IMG/VR virus record: IMGVR_UViG_3300049436_000052
Coordinates: 32,001 to 96,000 of that record
Length of the DNA: 64,000 nucleotides
Reading direction: 5' to 3' (one strand)
Source of the DNA: a virus
The translations under genes and the position numbers were made by a program. Of the stretch, positions 52,987 through 62,502 are shown in pieces. The first letter of the stretch is position 1. Every line of letters starts with the position of its first letter. The notes under the pieces are model-generated. The model was not told the DNA's origin and ran no database searches. It saw only the letters and a list, made by a program, of their open reading frames with translations.

Positions 52987-53022
52987 TTATTGTATTTATA
53001 ATAAATAAAATATTAGTTTATC

Positions 53023-55539
53023 ATGGCTGAAAATCAAGATCATTTAAAAAATATAAAAAATATTGGTGAGGCAAATAAATTGCTTCAAGAACAAATAAAT
53101 ATGTCAATTGCGCTAAAAGATTTAGAAAAAGCAAGGGCATTAAATGAAGAAATGATTGCCAATAATATTTTATTGCAAAATGAAAGAAATCAATTAAATA
53201 ATGAACTACACACTGGTAATTTAAAATTAACTAAAGAAGAGAAAAAGGAACTTGATAATATTGAAAAATCTCAAAAAAATATCAATTCTCAATTACAAAG
53301 TGAAGGAAATTGGAGAAGAAAAATAGTTGATTTTGTAAAACTTCAGAATAATCATTTAAAAATTGGATGGCAATTTCTTCAACAATCGGATAAAACCATA
53401 AAGAGTACAATATTAAGTCTTGGAATGTCTGGTGCTAAAGCAGAAATGATGAGAAGTTCTTTTGAAAGTTCTGCTGTTTATGTTGCCAAATTAGGTGGGA
53501 CTCTTGAAGATATTCAAGGGGTAATGCAGGGTTATGCAGATGAAACAGGAAGAGCAAGAGCATTATCTGCCGAAATGGTTAAAGATGTTGTAGCCATTGG
53601 AAAAGGAACTGGTTTAGGAATTGAACAGGCAACAAGATTATCAGCACAATTTGAAATGATGGGATATAATGCTCAATCAACAATGGACTATGTTCAAGGA
53701 GTTGTTGATACAAGTGAAAGAATGGGTGTTAATACAACAAAAGTCTTAAAAAATATTTCAGATAATTTTAAAAGATTAAACACATATACTTTTCAACAAG
53801 GTGTTAAAGGAATTGCTCAAATGGCAATGTATGCAGAGAAATTTCACATGGATATTAACCAAGCACTTAATGCCGCAGATGTTTCAAGAACACTTGAAGG
53901 AGCTATTGATTTAACTTCCCAACTTCAAATAATGGGTGGCGAATTTGCTAAAACAGATCCTTTTGAAATGTTATTCTTATCTCGTAATGATCCTGCTAAA
54001 TTTACTGAGAAAATTGCTGATATGACTAAAGGAATTGTTTCATTTAGAAAAATGGCAGATGGATCGTTTGAAAAATTCATTAGTCCTGCTGATAGAGATA
54101 GATTAGCTTCTGTTGCAAAATCTTTGGGGATGGAAAGTTCTGAATTAACAAAAATTGCTGAAAGACAATCTGAAATTCAAAGAATACGTCAACAAATGCA
54201 AGGAATGGGTTTATCTCCAGAACAAAAGGAGTTAATAGAAGGTGCTGCTGTTTTTAATACTAAAACAGGAAAATTTGAAGCAATGGTTGCTGGTCAAATG
54301 CGAGATGTTACAAAATTAACACAAACACAAGCAGAAGGTTTTGTTAAAGAAAGAAAAACTTTAGAACAAAGAGCAAAAGAATCACAAAGTTTTGATGAAG
54401 CATTTCAAGCAACAATTAATGAATTAAAATCTGCTTTATTACCAATATTACAAGGTGTTAATAAAGTTTTGACATATGTTCGACCAATTGTAGAAAGTTT
54501 TACAAGGTTATTTACCGAAGGAAAGGGTGCATGGTTAAAAACTGCTGGTTTGTTAATTGTTGGTGCAACTGCATGGAAAGTAGCTAGTAGTGCATTTAAT
54601 AAAGCAATTGATAAATTTGTTGAAAGAGGTGTTGGTGGAATGTTTGGAGGTGGAGGTGCTAAAACTACTTCTACAGTTTCTACTCAAAGTACCACAACAT
54701 CTAAAACTAGTGGTGTAGCTTCCAAAACTGGTAGTGCTGGAGGAGGTGGAAAAGCATTTGGAAAAGGTGCTGGTATTGGTGCTGCTGCTTTGGGAATCGG
54801 TGCAGGTGTTGGATTAGCTGCTGTTGGTATTAGTAAATTAGCTGATTCTATGAGTAAATTATCTCCAGAACAAGCAGACTCTTTAAAATCGATTGCTATG
54901 ACATTAGCAATAACATTTCCTGCTGCTGCTATTGGAATTGCTTTGGTTGGTCAAACTGCACAAGCTGGTGCTCTTGGTTTGATGGCATTAGGTGCTGCAT
55001 TTGCATTAGTTGGTACTGGAGTATATTTGGCCGCAACAGGTATTGGAAATATGGCAGAGGGATTGACAAAATTAGTTACTGCTGGTAAAGGTGCTGGTGA
55101 TGATATGTTAAAATTAAGTGCTGGCATTGGTGCTTTATCATTATCAATGTTAGGATTTACTGCTGGTGCATTTGGATTAGCTGTTTTTGCTGGTTTAATG
55201 CATACTATTGCAAAAAATGCTCCTGCTATTACTGCTGTTGGTGACGCATTTAAACAAATAAACACAGTCATGAGTGGAAGTAAAGAAGATTTTATGGCCG
55301 TTGAAAATGCTGTTGCTTCTATTTCAAATATGAATACCAAAGGTGGTGGAATGTTTAAGGAATTAAGTAATTTAATTAAAAATGGAATAAAAGTTGAATT
55401 TGCTGATAAACAAGTTGCTTTAGTTAATAACATAACATTGGATATCGATGGTAATAAATTTATGGAAAAAACTTATAATGTTAATGCTGCAATTCAAAAA
55501 CATGAAGCAATTCGTCAAGGAAAAGGTGGTAATTCATAA
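53023..55539 (+). CDS. Tape measure protein
   Basis: Long helical protein with Ala/Gly-rich hydrophobic segments; late box; upstream of baseplate genes. Confidence 0.82.
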   Translation: MAENQDHLKNIKNIGEANKLLQEQINMSIALKDLEKARALNEEMIANNILLQNERNQLNNELHTGNLKLTKEEKKELDNIEKSQKNINSQLQSEGNWRRKIVDFVKLQNNHLKIGWQFLQQSDKTIKSTILSLGMSGAKAEMMRSSFESSAVYVAKLGGTLEDIQGVMQGYADETGRARALSAEMVKDVVAIGKGTGLGIEQATRLSAQFEMMGYNAQSTMDYVQGVVDTSERMGVNTTKVLKNISDNFKRLNTYTFQQGVKGIAQMAMYAEKFHMDINQALNAADVSRTLEGAIDLTSQLQIMGGEFAKTDPFEMLFLSRNDPAKFTEKIADMTKGIVSFRKMADGSFEKFISPADRDRLASVAKSLGMESSELTKIAERQSEIQRIRQQMQGMGLSPEQKELIEGAAVFNTKTGKFEAMVAGQMRDVTKLTQTQAEGFVKERKTLEQRAKESQSFDEAFQATINELKSALLPILQGVNKVLTYVRPIVESFTRLFTEGKGAWLKTAGLLIVGATAWKVASSAFNKAIDKFVERGVGGMFGGGGAKTTSTVSTQSTTTSKTSGVASKTGSAGGGGKAFGKGAGIGAAALGIGAGVGLAAVGISKLADSMSKLSPEQADSLKSIAMTLAITFPAAAIGIALVGQTAQAGALGLMALGAAFALVGTGVYLAATGIGNMAEGLTKLVTAGKGAGDDMLKLSAGIGALSLSMLGFTAGAFGLAVFAGLMHTIAKNAPAITAVGDAFKQINTVMSGSKEDFMAVENAVASISNMNTKGGGMFKELSNLIKNGIKVEFADKQVALVNNITLDIDGNKFMEKTYNVNAAIQKHEAIRQGKGGNS

Positions 55540-55604
55540 TTTTATTTTTGTATTTCAAAAAAATTAATTAACTTTGCAAAGTTAATTAAAACCACATAAC
55601 TTAA

Positions 55605-55793
55605 ATGGATAGTTTAACCAAAGATAATCATTTATTTAATAAACAAGAAGTTATAGAATATCTTCAAAATCTTTATAGTGAATTAAATTATTCTGAAAAC
55701 GATAAAATGAAATTTAAATTAAATGATTTGGATGAACTCGAAGATGGTTTTTATCTAATAAATGAAAATGGAATTAAATATTTAGGGGAATGA
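55605..55793 (+). CDS. Small acidic hypothetical protein
   Basis: Preceded by TTG-N18-TAACTTTG (55548-55576). Confidence 0.55.
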   Translation: MDSLTKDNHLFNKQEVIEYLQNLYSELNYSENDKMKFKLNDLDELEDGFYLINENGIKYLGE

Positions 55794-55881
55794 TAAACAA
55801 TATGATGAAAAATAATTCCTTTGATTATCAATAAGTTAATGTTTTTAGTTAAAAAAAGTTAAAAAATAATTCTTAAAATCC

Positions 55882-55912
55882 TTGCTTATTAACTAAATAA
55901 TTAGTAACTTTG
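55882..55912 (+). promoter_or_regulatory. Bacteroidota-type promoter pointing into non-coding DNA
   Basis: TTG-N20-TAACTTTG. Confidence 0.55.
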
Positions 55913-56135
55913 CCAAGTCTTTAAGTAACAACAACTTACAAACAAAAAAAGAAAAACAAACATAATACAAAGCTCAAAGACAAATAAAAAGAAAGACTTT
56001 TTTATTTTTCAAATAAACAAACTTACTAAGTTAGTTTTCTTTCTTTCTTTAACAATAAAAAAAGAAAAAACTTGTCTGGCACGGGGCATAATATTCTTTA
56101 TTGGTTAATTTTTTCTTTTCTTGAAATTTGTAAAA

Positions 56136-56239
56136 TTTTCCTAATTACTTTTCCTAATTACTTTTCCTAATTACTTTTCCTAATTACTTTTCCTAATTAC
56201 TTTTCCTAATTACTTTTCCTAATTACTTTTCCTAATTAC
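56136..56239. repeat. Tandem repeat, 8 perfect copies of TTTTCCTAATTAC (13 bp); candidate origin iterons
   Basis: Direct count; lies in the ~600-bp non-coding gap 55794-56389. Confidence 0.95.
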
Positions 56240-56389
56240 TTTGATATATTTTTATATCACATACCCCAACTTAATTTTGGAAAAAAGTAAATATTGACAC
56301 TTCGATTGGAAAGAAATGGGTAAGATTTTGGCACGATAAAAGTAGATCAAATAATTTATTCTTACAAGTATTTATTAAAAAAAGTTTTA

Positions 56390-59300
56390 ATGGCAAATAA
56401 AGATAGTAAATATGAGCCTATTTCAATATTTGGAAATATTAGTAATAATGGTGTTGTTGAAGAAGATTCGAGATTATCAAGAATAAGTAATAATTTAAGA
56501 AATACATTACAAACAAGAAATCTATATACTCCAAATGTTGAATATCCAAATAATAGTACAAATACTGCAAGTAAGATTGTAAATGCTGTTGATAGTTTAA
56601 TTGGTATAGTTGCACCATTTAAATCATTTTCATTGAAAAATAATTATTTTGCCAGAATAACAAATCCAACTCCATTAACAGAAATTGGAACTGTTATGTT
56701 AGCAAAACAAATGGCTTATAATTCATCTTCTCATATATCTCAACAAAATTTACCAACTTTAAATCTTTCTAATTTATTTGATGGAAATAAGGATACTAAA
56801 CTTTTTGAAAAAAATATTAATTTAAAAATTACAAAAAAAGAAGATACTACATTTCAAGATAAATTTAATAATTTTATTGACAAGATAGTATTTGATGGAA
56901 ACACAACAAGTGATAGTCCATTTAGTAAAAGTTCAACAAATGCCGATTATATTAGGAATACTGGAGACGGACAATTAAATTTTCTTTATCAATCAATTAA
57001 TAATAATCTTTATAAACAAGATGATTCGACATTAATTGAATTTGGTTTAAAAATAAAAAAACCACTTCAACCAAGAAAAAATATGGTCAATACTCAAAGT
57101 GGTGGAATTGTAACTAGTAATTCATATAAACCATTTTTTAATTTTTCGAATATTGCAAAAAATCCATATTTAAATATTAGTACAACGTTTTTTGCTGAAG
57201 TTATTGCAAATAAAGCAATGGCAAATTCGTATTTGGTTAGTAATGAAATTCAAGAATATGCTCCAACCAGAGATTTTATAAAAACTTATTTTGGAAAAAC
57301 ATTATTAGCAGAACCAATTAGTTTAAATGATGGATTATCTAATTCATGGATTGATGAAAATGTTGAATTTAAAAATGATTTGATTGGTAATAAGTTAGTT
57401 TGGGGTAGAGATGGAATATCGACTGAAGCAAATACAAATATTGATCCATTAAGAGGAGATAAAGATCAAGTTGATAATGATTATTCAGATCAGATTAATG
57501 ATCCAACAATTCGTGAATTTAATTATAATAAATTTAATATCAAATCTGGGTTATTAGAATATACAAGAAATTTAATTAATGCAACAAATGGTAATGTTGG
57601 AGATTTAACAAGAAAAGCATTTAATGAGGGTGATGGTAAATATGGTTTTAACGGTTCTGGATTATGGAAATCAAATAATAGTATATACGCTCAAAAAGCA
57701 GAAATAGCAGGAAAAAAAGGTGTTCGTCAACATTCTCAATTAGATCAGTACGATAGGTTTACAAAAGCAATTAGATTTAATGGAAGCGAGGTATATAATG
57801 GTAATGTAGATTCTGTTACTTATAAAACGGTTATTCCTCGAATACATCCAACATTACCACTAACTAATGGAGTTCCAAATAATAAAAATTTAATGTTTTC
57901 AATTGAAAATTTGGCTGTTGGTGTTATTAGTAAAGGAACTAAGGGAATAATTGATGATGAATTTGGAAGTGAAATACCAATTTGTGAAGTAGGTCCTTTC
58001 TATGGAAGAATTATGTGGTTTCCTCCATATGGTTTAGAATTAAATGAGGTTGCAAGTGCAAAATATGAATCTACTGTTATGGTTGGTAGAAATGAACCAA
58101 TGTATAATTATCAAAATTCAGAAAGAACTGCAACATTATCATTTATCATGTTAATGGATTATCCAAGTCATTTAAAACAATTCCATAATACACAAAATAA
58201 GCAAAAGGAAATGGCAGAATTCTTTGCATTTGGAGGAGATCCATATACACCAAAGAAACCACCTGTCAATAATCCCGAAGAAAAAATTAAACAACTTCAA
58301 AACGAAATTGAAAAAATTGTAAATAAACCAGATGTAGAAGATCCAAATACTGCAAAACCTAATCCAATTAAAGTAGTATTTCCAAATGATGTTCCTTTTG
58401 TAAGTGATAATTTAAATACTATTATTGATAAAATGTATACTAAATATCGTTATGAAATTATTGATGGATTACCTTCAAATGGAACTTACGGTGATGTTAG
58501 TAGTTTTGGATATAATAGATTTATCTATGTTGCAAATGATGATACTGGTGTAAAAGCTGGTGGAACATTCGGAAAATATTATTTAGATAGTGGTGTTACA
58601 TCACAAGTTGGATTTACACAATATACCCAAACAGGTGATTGCGATCTAAATAAAATTCTTAAAGATTTTTATTCTAATGAAAGTAATAGACAATTATATA
58701 ATATATCAGTATTTGGAGGTGCATCAAAATTATATACCGAAAAAAATAAATTTGATATAAAGGAAGAAGAAGATTATAATAAATCATTGGGTTTAAGAAG
58801 AGCAAAAGCAGTAATTACTTTTATAAAAAGACGTTTAGCTGCAATTTTTGAAAAAGATTTTGATGATCTTGGTATTAATGTAATACTTGGTGGTGGAACT
58901 GGTGGTGGTACTGTTGGTAGTCAATTCTCAAGTCAAACAAATGCAACAGAGGTAGCAATTCCATTAGCGTCAACAAAATTAGAAAGATTCGCTTTAATTG
59001 AAATTACACGAAATGAAAATACTACATCTTCAAAACAAAAGAAATTAACACAAGAAGAAACTGAAATAATTAGAAAAAAACAAGAAGAAATCCAAGAACT
59101 TGAAAAAGATCTTGTTAAAGGAAATGAAGCATATGATTGTGTTTATAATGAAAAAAATAGTAAAAATGGTATATTACATGGGTTTCAAGCAATAAGTGGT
59201 AATTATTTTTCACCAGTATTTCATTCACAAACACCCGAAGATTTTCATAGACGACTAACATTTCTTCAACAATGTGTAAGACAAGGTGCAGCAAAAAGAT

Positions 59301-59725
59301 ATAATGTAGTTGAAGAAAATGGATTAATGAGAGCTAAAAATTCTGTGTTTGGCAGACAACCCGTTTGTATATTGCGTTTAGGAGATTTCTTTTATACAAA
59401 AGTTGTTATTGATAACGTTACATTTGACTACACGGATGCACCCTGGGATACCAATAGTGAGAATTTTGGGACACAATTTATGTTTGCTAAAATCACAATA
59501 CAGATGAAGGTTATAGGAGGTCAGTCTTTGAAAGGGCCAATTGACGCACTTCAAAATGCTGTATCGTTTAATTACTATGCAAATTCAACATTTTCAAGAC
59601 AAGGAATGTATAAACTTCCTTCTGATGTTGCAGATAATCAAGAAGCGTATATTAATGGGATCTTGGTTGAGAAATATAAAGATCTAAGCAACGCTTTTGA
59701 TAACAATGTTAATAAAATAAAATAA
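56390..59725 (+). CDS. Baseplate/tail-initiator structural protein with OmpA-like insert
   Basis: GRIMWFPPY, GRNEP.Y.Y.NSER, FHSQTPE.F..RLTFL.QC, FG..PVC.LR.GDFF.TK; GGAS...YN..LG.RRA.AV. Confidence 0.65.
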   Translation: MANKDSKYEPISIFGNISNNGVVEEDSRLSRISNNLRNTLQTRNLYTPNVEYPNNSTNTASKIVNAVDSLIGIVAPFKSFSLKNNYFARITNPTPLTEIGTVMLAKQMAYNSSSHISQQNLPTLNLSNLFDGNKDTKLFEKNINLKITKKEDTTFQDKFNNFIDKIVFDGNTTSDSPFSKSSTNADYIRNTGDGQLNFLYQSINNNLYKQDDSTLIEFGLKIKKPLQPRKNMVNTQSGGIVTSNSYKPFFNFSNIAKNPYLNISTTFFAEVIANKAMANSYLVSNEIQEYAPTRDFIKTYFGKTLLAEPISLNDGLSNSWIDENVEFKNDLIGNKLVWGRDGISTEANTNIDPLRGDKDQVDNDYSDQINDPTIREFNYNKFNIKSGLLEYTRNLINATNGNVGDLTRKAFNEGDGKYGFNGSGLWKSNNSIYAQKAEIAGKKGVRQHSQLDQYDRFTKAIRFNGSEVYNGNVDSVTYKTVIPRIHPTLPLTNGVPNNKNLMFSIENLAVGVISKGTKGIIDDEFGSEIPICEVGPFYGRIMWFPPYGLELNEVASAKYESTVMVGRNEPMYNYQNSERTATLSFIMLMDYPSHLKQFHNTQNKQKEMAEFFAFGGDPYTPKKPPVNNPEEKIKQLQNEIEKIVNKPDVEDPNTAKPNPIKVVFPNDVPFVSDNLNTIIDKMYTKYRYEIIDGLPSNGTYGDVSSFGYNRFIYVANDDTGVKAGGTFGKYYLDSGVTSQVGFTQYTQTGDCDLNKILKDFYSNESNRQLYNISVFGGASKLYTEKNKFDIKEEEDYNKSLGLRRAKAVITFIKRRLAAIFEKDFDDLGINVILGGGTGGGTVGSQFSSQTNATEVAIPLASTKLERFALIEITRNENTTSSKQKKLTQEETEIIRKKQEEIQELEKDLVKGNEAYDCVYNEKNSKNGILHGFQAISGNYFSPVFHSQTPEDFHRRLTFLQQCVRQGAAKRYNVVEENGLMRAKNSVFGRQPVCILRLGDFFYTKVVIDNVTFDYTDAPWDTNSENFGTQFMFAKITIQMKVIGGQSLKGPIDALQNAVSFNYYANSTFSRQGMYKLPSDVADNQEAYINGILVEKYKDLSNAFDNNVNKIK

Positions 59726-59727
59726 TT

Positions 59728-60039
59728 ATGCAAAAAGATTATGATAGATATGCTATTTTAAAAAATAGCGATGGAACAATAGATACAATGCCATTAGTTA
59801 AATTGCCACAAAATGCTAGTGATAAATTTGAATATTGGAAAGAAGGATTTAGTAGATTAGATAAAATATCTGTAAAATACTATGGTTCACCATATTATGA
59901 TTTTCTAATACTTTTAGCAAATCCTTCATTTTCGAGTGAATGGGATATTCCAGATGGAACGTTAATTCGTATTCCGTTTAGTTTAAATAAAATAAAAGCA
60001 GATTATGAAGCAGCATTAATGGCATATAAAAAAAGATGA
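59728..60039 (+). CDS. Baseplate wedge LysM/gp53-like protein
   Basis: RLDKIS.KYYG.P.Y..LIL.ANP.....DIPDGT.IRIP. Confidence 0.75.
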   Translation: MQKDYDRYAILKNSDGTIDTMPLVKLPQNASDKFEYWKEGFSRLDKISVKYYGSPYYDFLILLANPSFSSEWDIPDGTLIRIPFSLNKIKADYEAALMAYKKR

Positions 60040-60075
60040 AAAATTATTTTAACTTTCCAATTTTTATTTATAATT

Positions 60076-60099
60076 TTGTCCTTTAAATTTAAAGGACAA
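60076..60099. promoter_or_regulatory. Perfect 24-bp palindrome overlapping a TAATTTTG box and ending 5 nt before a start codon
   Basis: TTGTCCTTTAAA|TTTAAAGGACAA. Confidence 0.6.
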
Positions 60100-60104
60100 G
60101 AAAA

Positions 60105-60692
60105 ATGACAATAATCTTAACGATTTTAAAGAAATACTGGAAGCTAATATTAATTATAGTATTTGCTTTATTAGTTTATTTATTTTTTAATCAAATTCAA
60201 AGTCTAAAAAAAGATAATGATAGGTTATTAAATAACGTTGAACAATTAATGAGCGATAATAATACAAAGGTTCTTGAAATGACAAAACAAGAATTTTTGA
60301 AAAATTATTATGATAAAGATTCTCTACTTAGAAAAATAGTTGATAGCATTAATATAAGGTATAAAAATATCGAAAGAACTATTAACTATAAATATTATCA
60401 TATATACGATACCACAGTATTTCTGATAGAAACTAAAGATTCAACTATAAAGAAATTTAAACATGAGTTTGATAAATGCGTTTCTGTTTCTGGTGAAATA
60501 AATTGGTACAAATCTACAATCACATTTGATTCACTTAAATTAAGTCTAAATACCACAACACTATATTATTGGCAACGTCCACACAAATTTTGGTTTATCA
60601 AATACGGCAAAAAGCAATTAAAAGCTGCTACATTAAATAATTGTAGTAGTAAAACAGTAGTTAATGATATTACAATAAGTAAGAAGAAATAA
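60105..60692 (+). CDS. Membrane-anchored coiled-coil protein, spanin-like (putative)
   Basis: N-terminal TM helix, coiled coil, KFWFIKYG motif. Confidence 0.45.
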   Translation: MTIILTILKKYWKLILIIVFALLVYLFFNQIQSLKKDNDRLLNNVEQLMSDNNTKVLEMTKQEFLKNYYDKDSLLRKIVDSINIRYKNIERTINYKYYHIYDTTVFLIETKDSTIKKFKHEFDKCVSVSGEINWYKSTITFDSLKLSLNTTTLYYWQRPHKFWFIKYGKKQLKAATLNNCSSKTVVNDITISKKK

Positions 60693-61586
60693 ATGAAATA
60701 CATAAAATTTAATAACTATAAAGATGTTTCTAGTTTCTATCATAGAAACAAATCTGAAGATTCTGAATATTTTTTAGATCTAGGCATTAGAATTCCAATA
60801 ATGAATGGTTTATTTTTCAAACAAAAAAATGCAATTAAAGAAATTAAGTTTTATGATGAAGAAAATGGAATTTGTAAAATGATTCTTAATAAAAAATACA
60901 TTGATAGATTTCATCCCTTAAAAATCAATAATCAAAAATTTTGGAAAGAATTTAAAATAAAATTTCCATTAGTTTCTGTTTGTGGGGGTGAAAGCCAATC
61001 AATTGAGCATTGTAATGAAAATAATACTTTACTTAGTAAACAACACGGTTTTATTGATTTTATAGATAAAATTATTGGAGAAAACGTTAATAATAAAATT
61101 AATTTTTTTGAAATAGGTTATGGTCATGGTAATATTTTTAATTATTATAATGATAATGTAAATTATATTGGCGTTGATTATTATAAAAATCAAAATTTAA
61201 ATAAATTCAATAATCTTTTAATAATAAAAGAAAGTGGCATTCCTAAATCTATAAAAAATAATAGTCAGGATATTATATATTGTTGTAATGTTTTACAACA
61301 TTGTTGTAAACATGATAGATTTGAATATTTTAGGCAATCGTTTAAAAAATTAAAAACAGGTGGTTATTTTTTAGGATCGCTTTTTTTAGAAACACTAGAA
61401 AATAAAGATGAATATTATTGGGGAATGGAGGATACCAAGGGTAGGAAATATTGCTGTTTTTTTAATCAATTAACTGAAGTTGATACGAAAGAAGAATTTC
61501 TTGAGGAAATAAATAATATTGGTTTTAGTTTAATTAAATTAGATAATATATATAATAATAATTTTTCCTTTATTTTAAAAAAATAA
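60693..61586 (+). CDS. Class I SAM-dependent methyltransferase
   Basis: FEIGYGHG, YIGVD, D.IY...VLQH, LKTGG. Confidence 0.8.
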   Translation: MKYIKFNNYKDVSSFYHRNKSEDSEYFLDLGIRIPIMNGLFFKQKNAIKEIKFYDEENGICKMILNKKYIDRFHPLKINNQKFWKEFKIKFPLVSVCGGESQSIEHCNENNTLLSKQHGFIDFIDKIIGENVNNKINFFEIGYGHGNIFNYYNDNVNYIGVDYYKNQNLNKFNNLLIIKESGIPKSIKNNSQDIIYCCNVLQHCCKHDRFEYFRQSFKKLKTGGYFLGSLFLETLENKDEYYWGMEDTKGRKYCCFFNQLTEVDTKEEFLEEINNIGFSLIKLDNIYNNNFSFILKK

Positions 61587-61607
61587 TAATGACACAAGAA
61601 GAAATAA

Positions 61608-62460
61608 ATGAACGAAATATTAAAATGTGATTTTTGTGAAACAAACGATTCTATTGGAGTGTACGCTACAGATCATGGTCCCTTTTCATTATCATATTGT
61701 GAAGAATGTTTTAAGCACTATAATCTTAGAACAATAGGTAATGCGTTATCTAAATGGGGTAGATTTGGAGATGATGCTTTTGAAGAATATAAAGAAATAA
61801 ATGGATGTGAACCACAAGTTTATTTTAATAATAATTATATTTCACTAAGAAATTTAGTTGAAATTATAGATATTAGTGATGTTGATAAAATTTTTAGTGA
61901 TATTGATTTTTTAAGAAATTTAATAATAGATAGATTGAATGAAAAACACAATAAACGAAATATTAAATTTTGATGAAAAACTTTACAATTTTTTAGTTAA
62001 AAACCTAGATTTTGAATTAAGTAAGATTTATTTAAAACAAAATTTTAGTTTAATTGGTGCATTATCATTTAAAAAAACAAATGATAATATTGAATATGAT
62101 TTATTAGATGATTTATTTGTAATAACTTATTTGTATGAACTTTAAATATACTTTAACTAATAAATTAATTGCTTTTGGTTTAAATGAATTTAATGAATTG
62201 GAAGAAATACATACAAAATTATGGGATTGGTTAATAATAGAAGATAATTTTATTACAACCTACAACGGAATATCTAGAATTAATTTAATAGATGTTATAT
62301 ATAAAATTTTGGATTAAATGGAAAACGAAAAATTTTTAGACACGATTAATCAAAAAGATAGGGAATATTTTATTTCCTTTTACAATAGTTTTGGAAATAA
62401 TTTTTGGAATTTATTTTCAAATTATAAATTAGATTTGTTGAATTTGCAAGATCAGTTTAA
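61608..62460 (+). CDS. Small hypothetical ORFs (61608 CxxC protein; 61939, 62135 and unlisted 62318 short Leu/Asp-rich)
   Basis: Overlapping co-oriented ORFs. Confidence 0.55.
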
Positions 62461-62502
62461 TATATGATGAAAGAAGTTACATTAGAAAAAAAAAACAAAT
62501 AA

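Noticed and set aside
54951-55433. 160-aa minus-strand ORF
   Set aside because: Antisense shadow of the Ala/Gly-rich tape-measure region; the same applies to other short ORFs antisense to long genes (e.g. 269, 2207, 3890-5027, 13476, 30772, 33701, 39468, 63071)
56136-56239. CRISPR array
   Set aside because: 13-bp units are contiguous with no spacers; no cas genes in the window
56077-56335. Sigma-54 promoters at TGGCACG
   Set aside because: Neither copy has the TTGC -12 element at the required spacing
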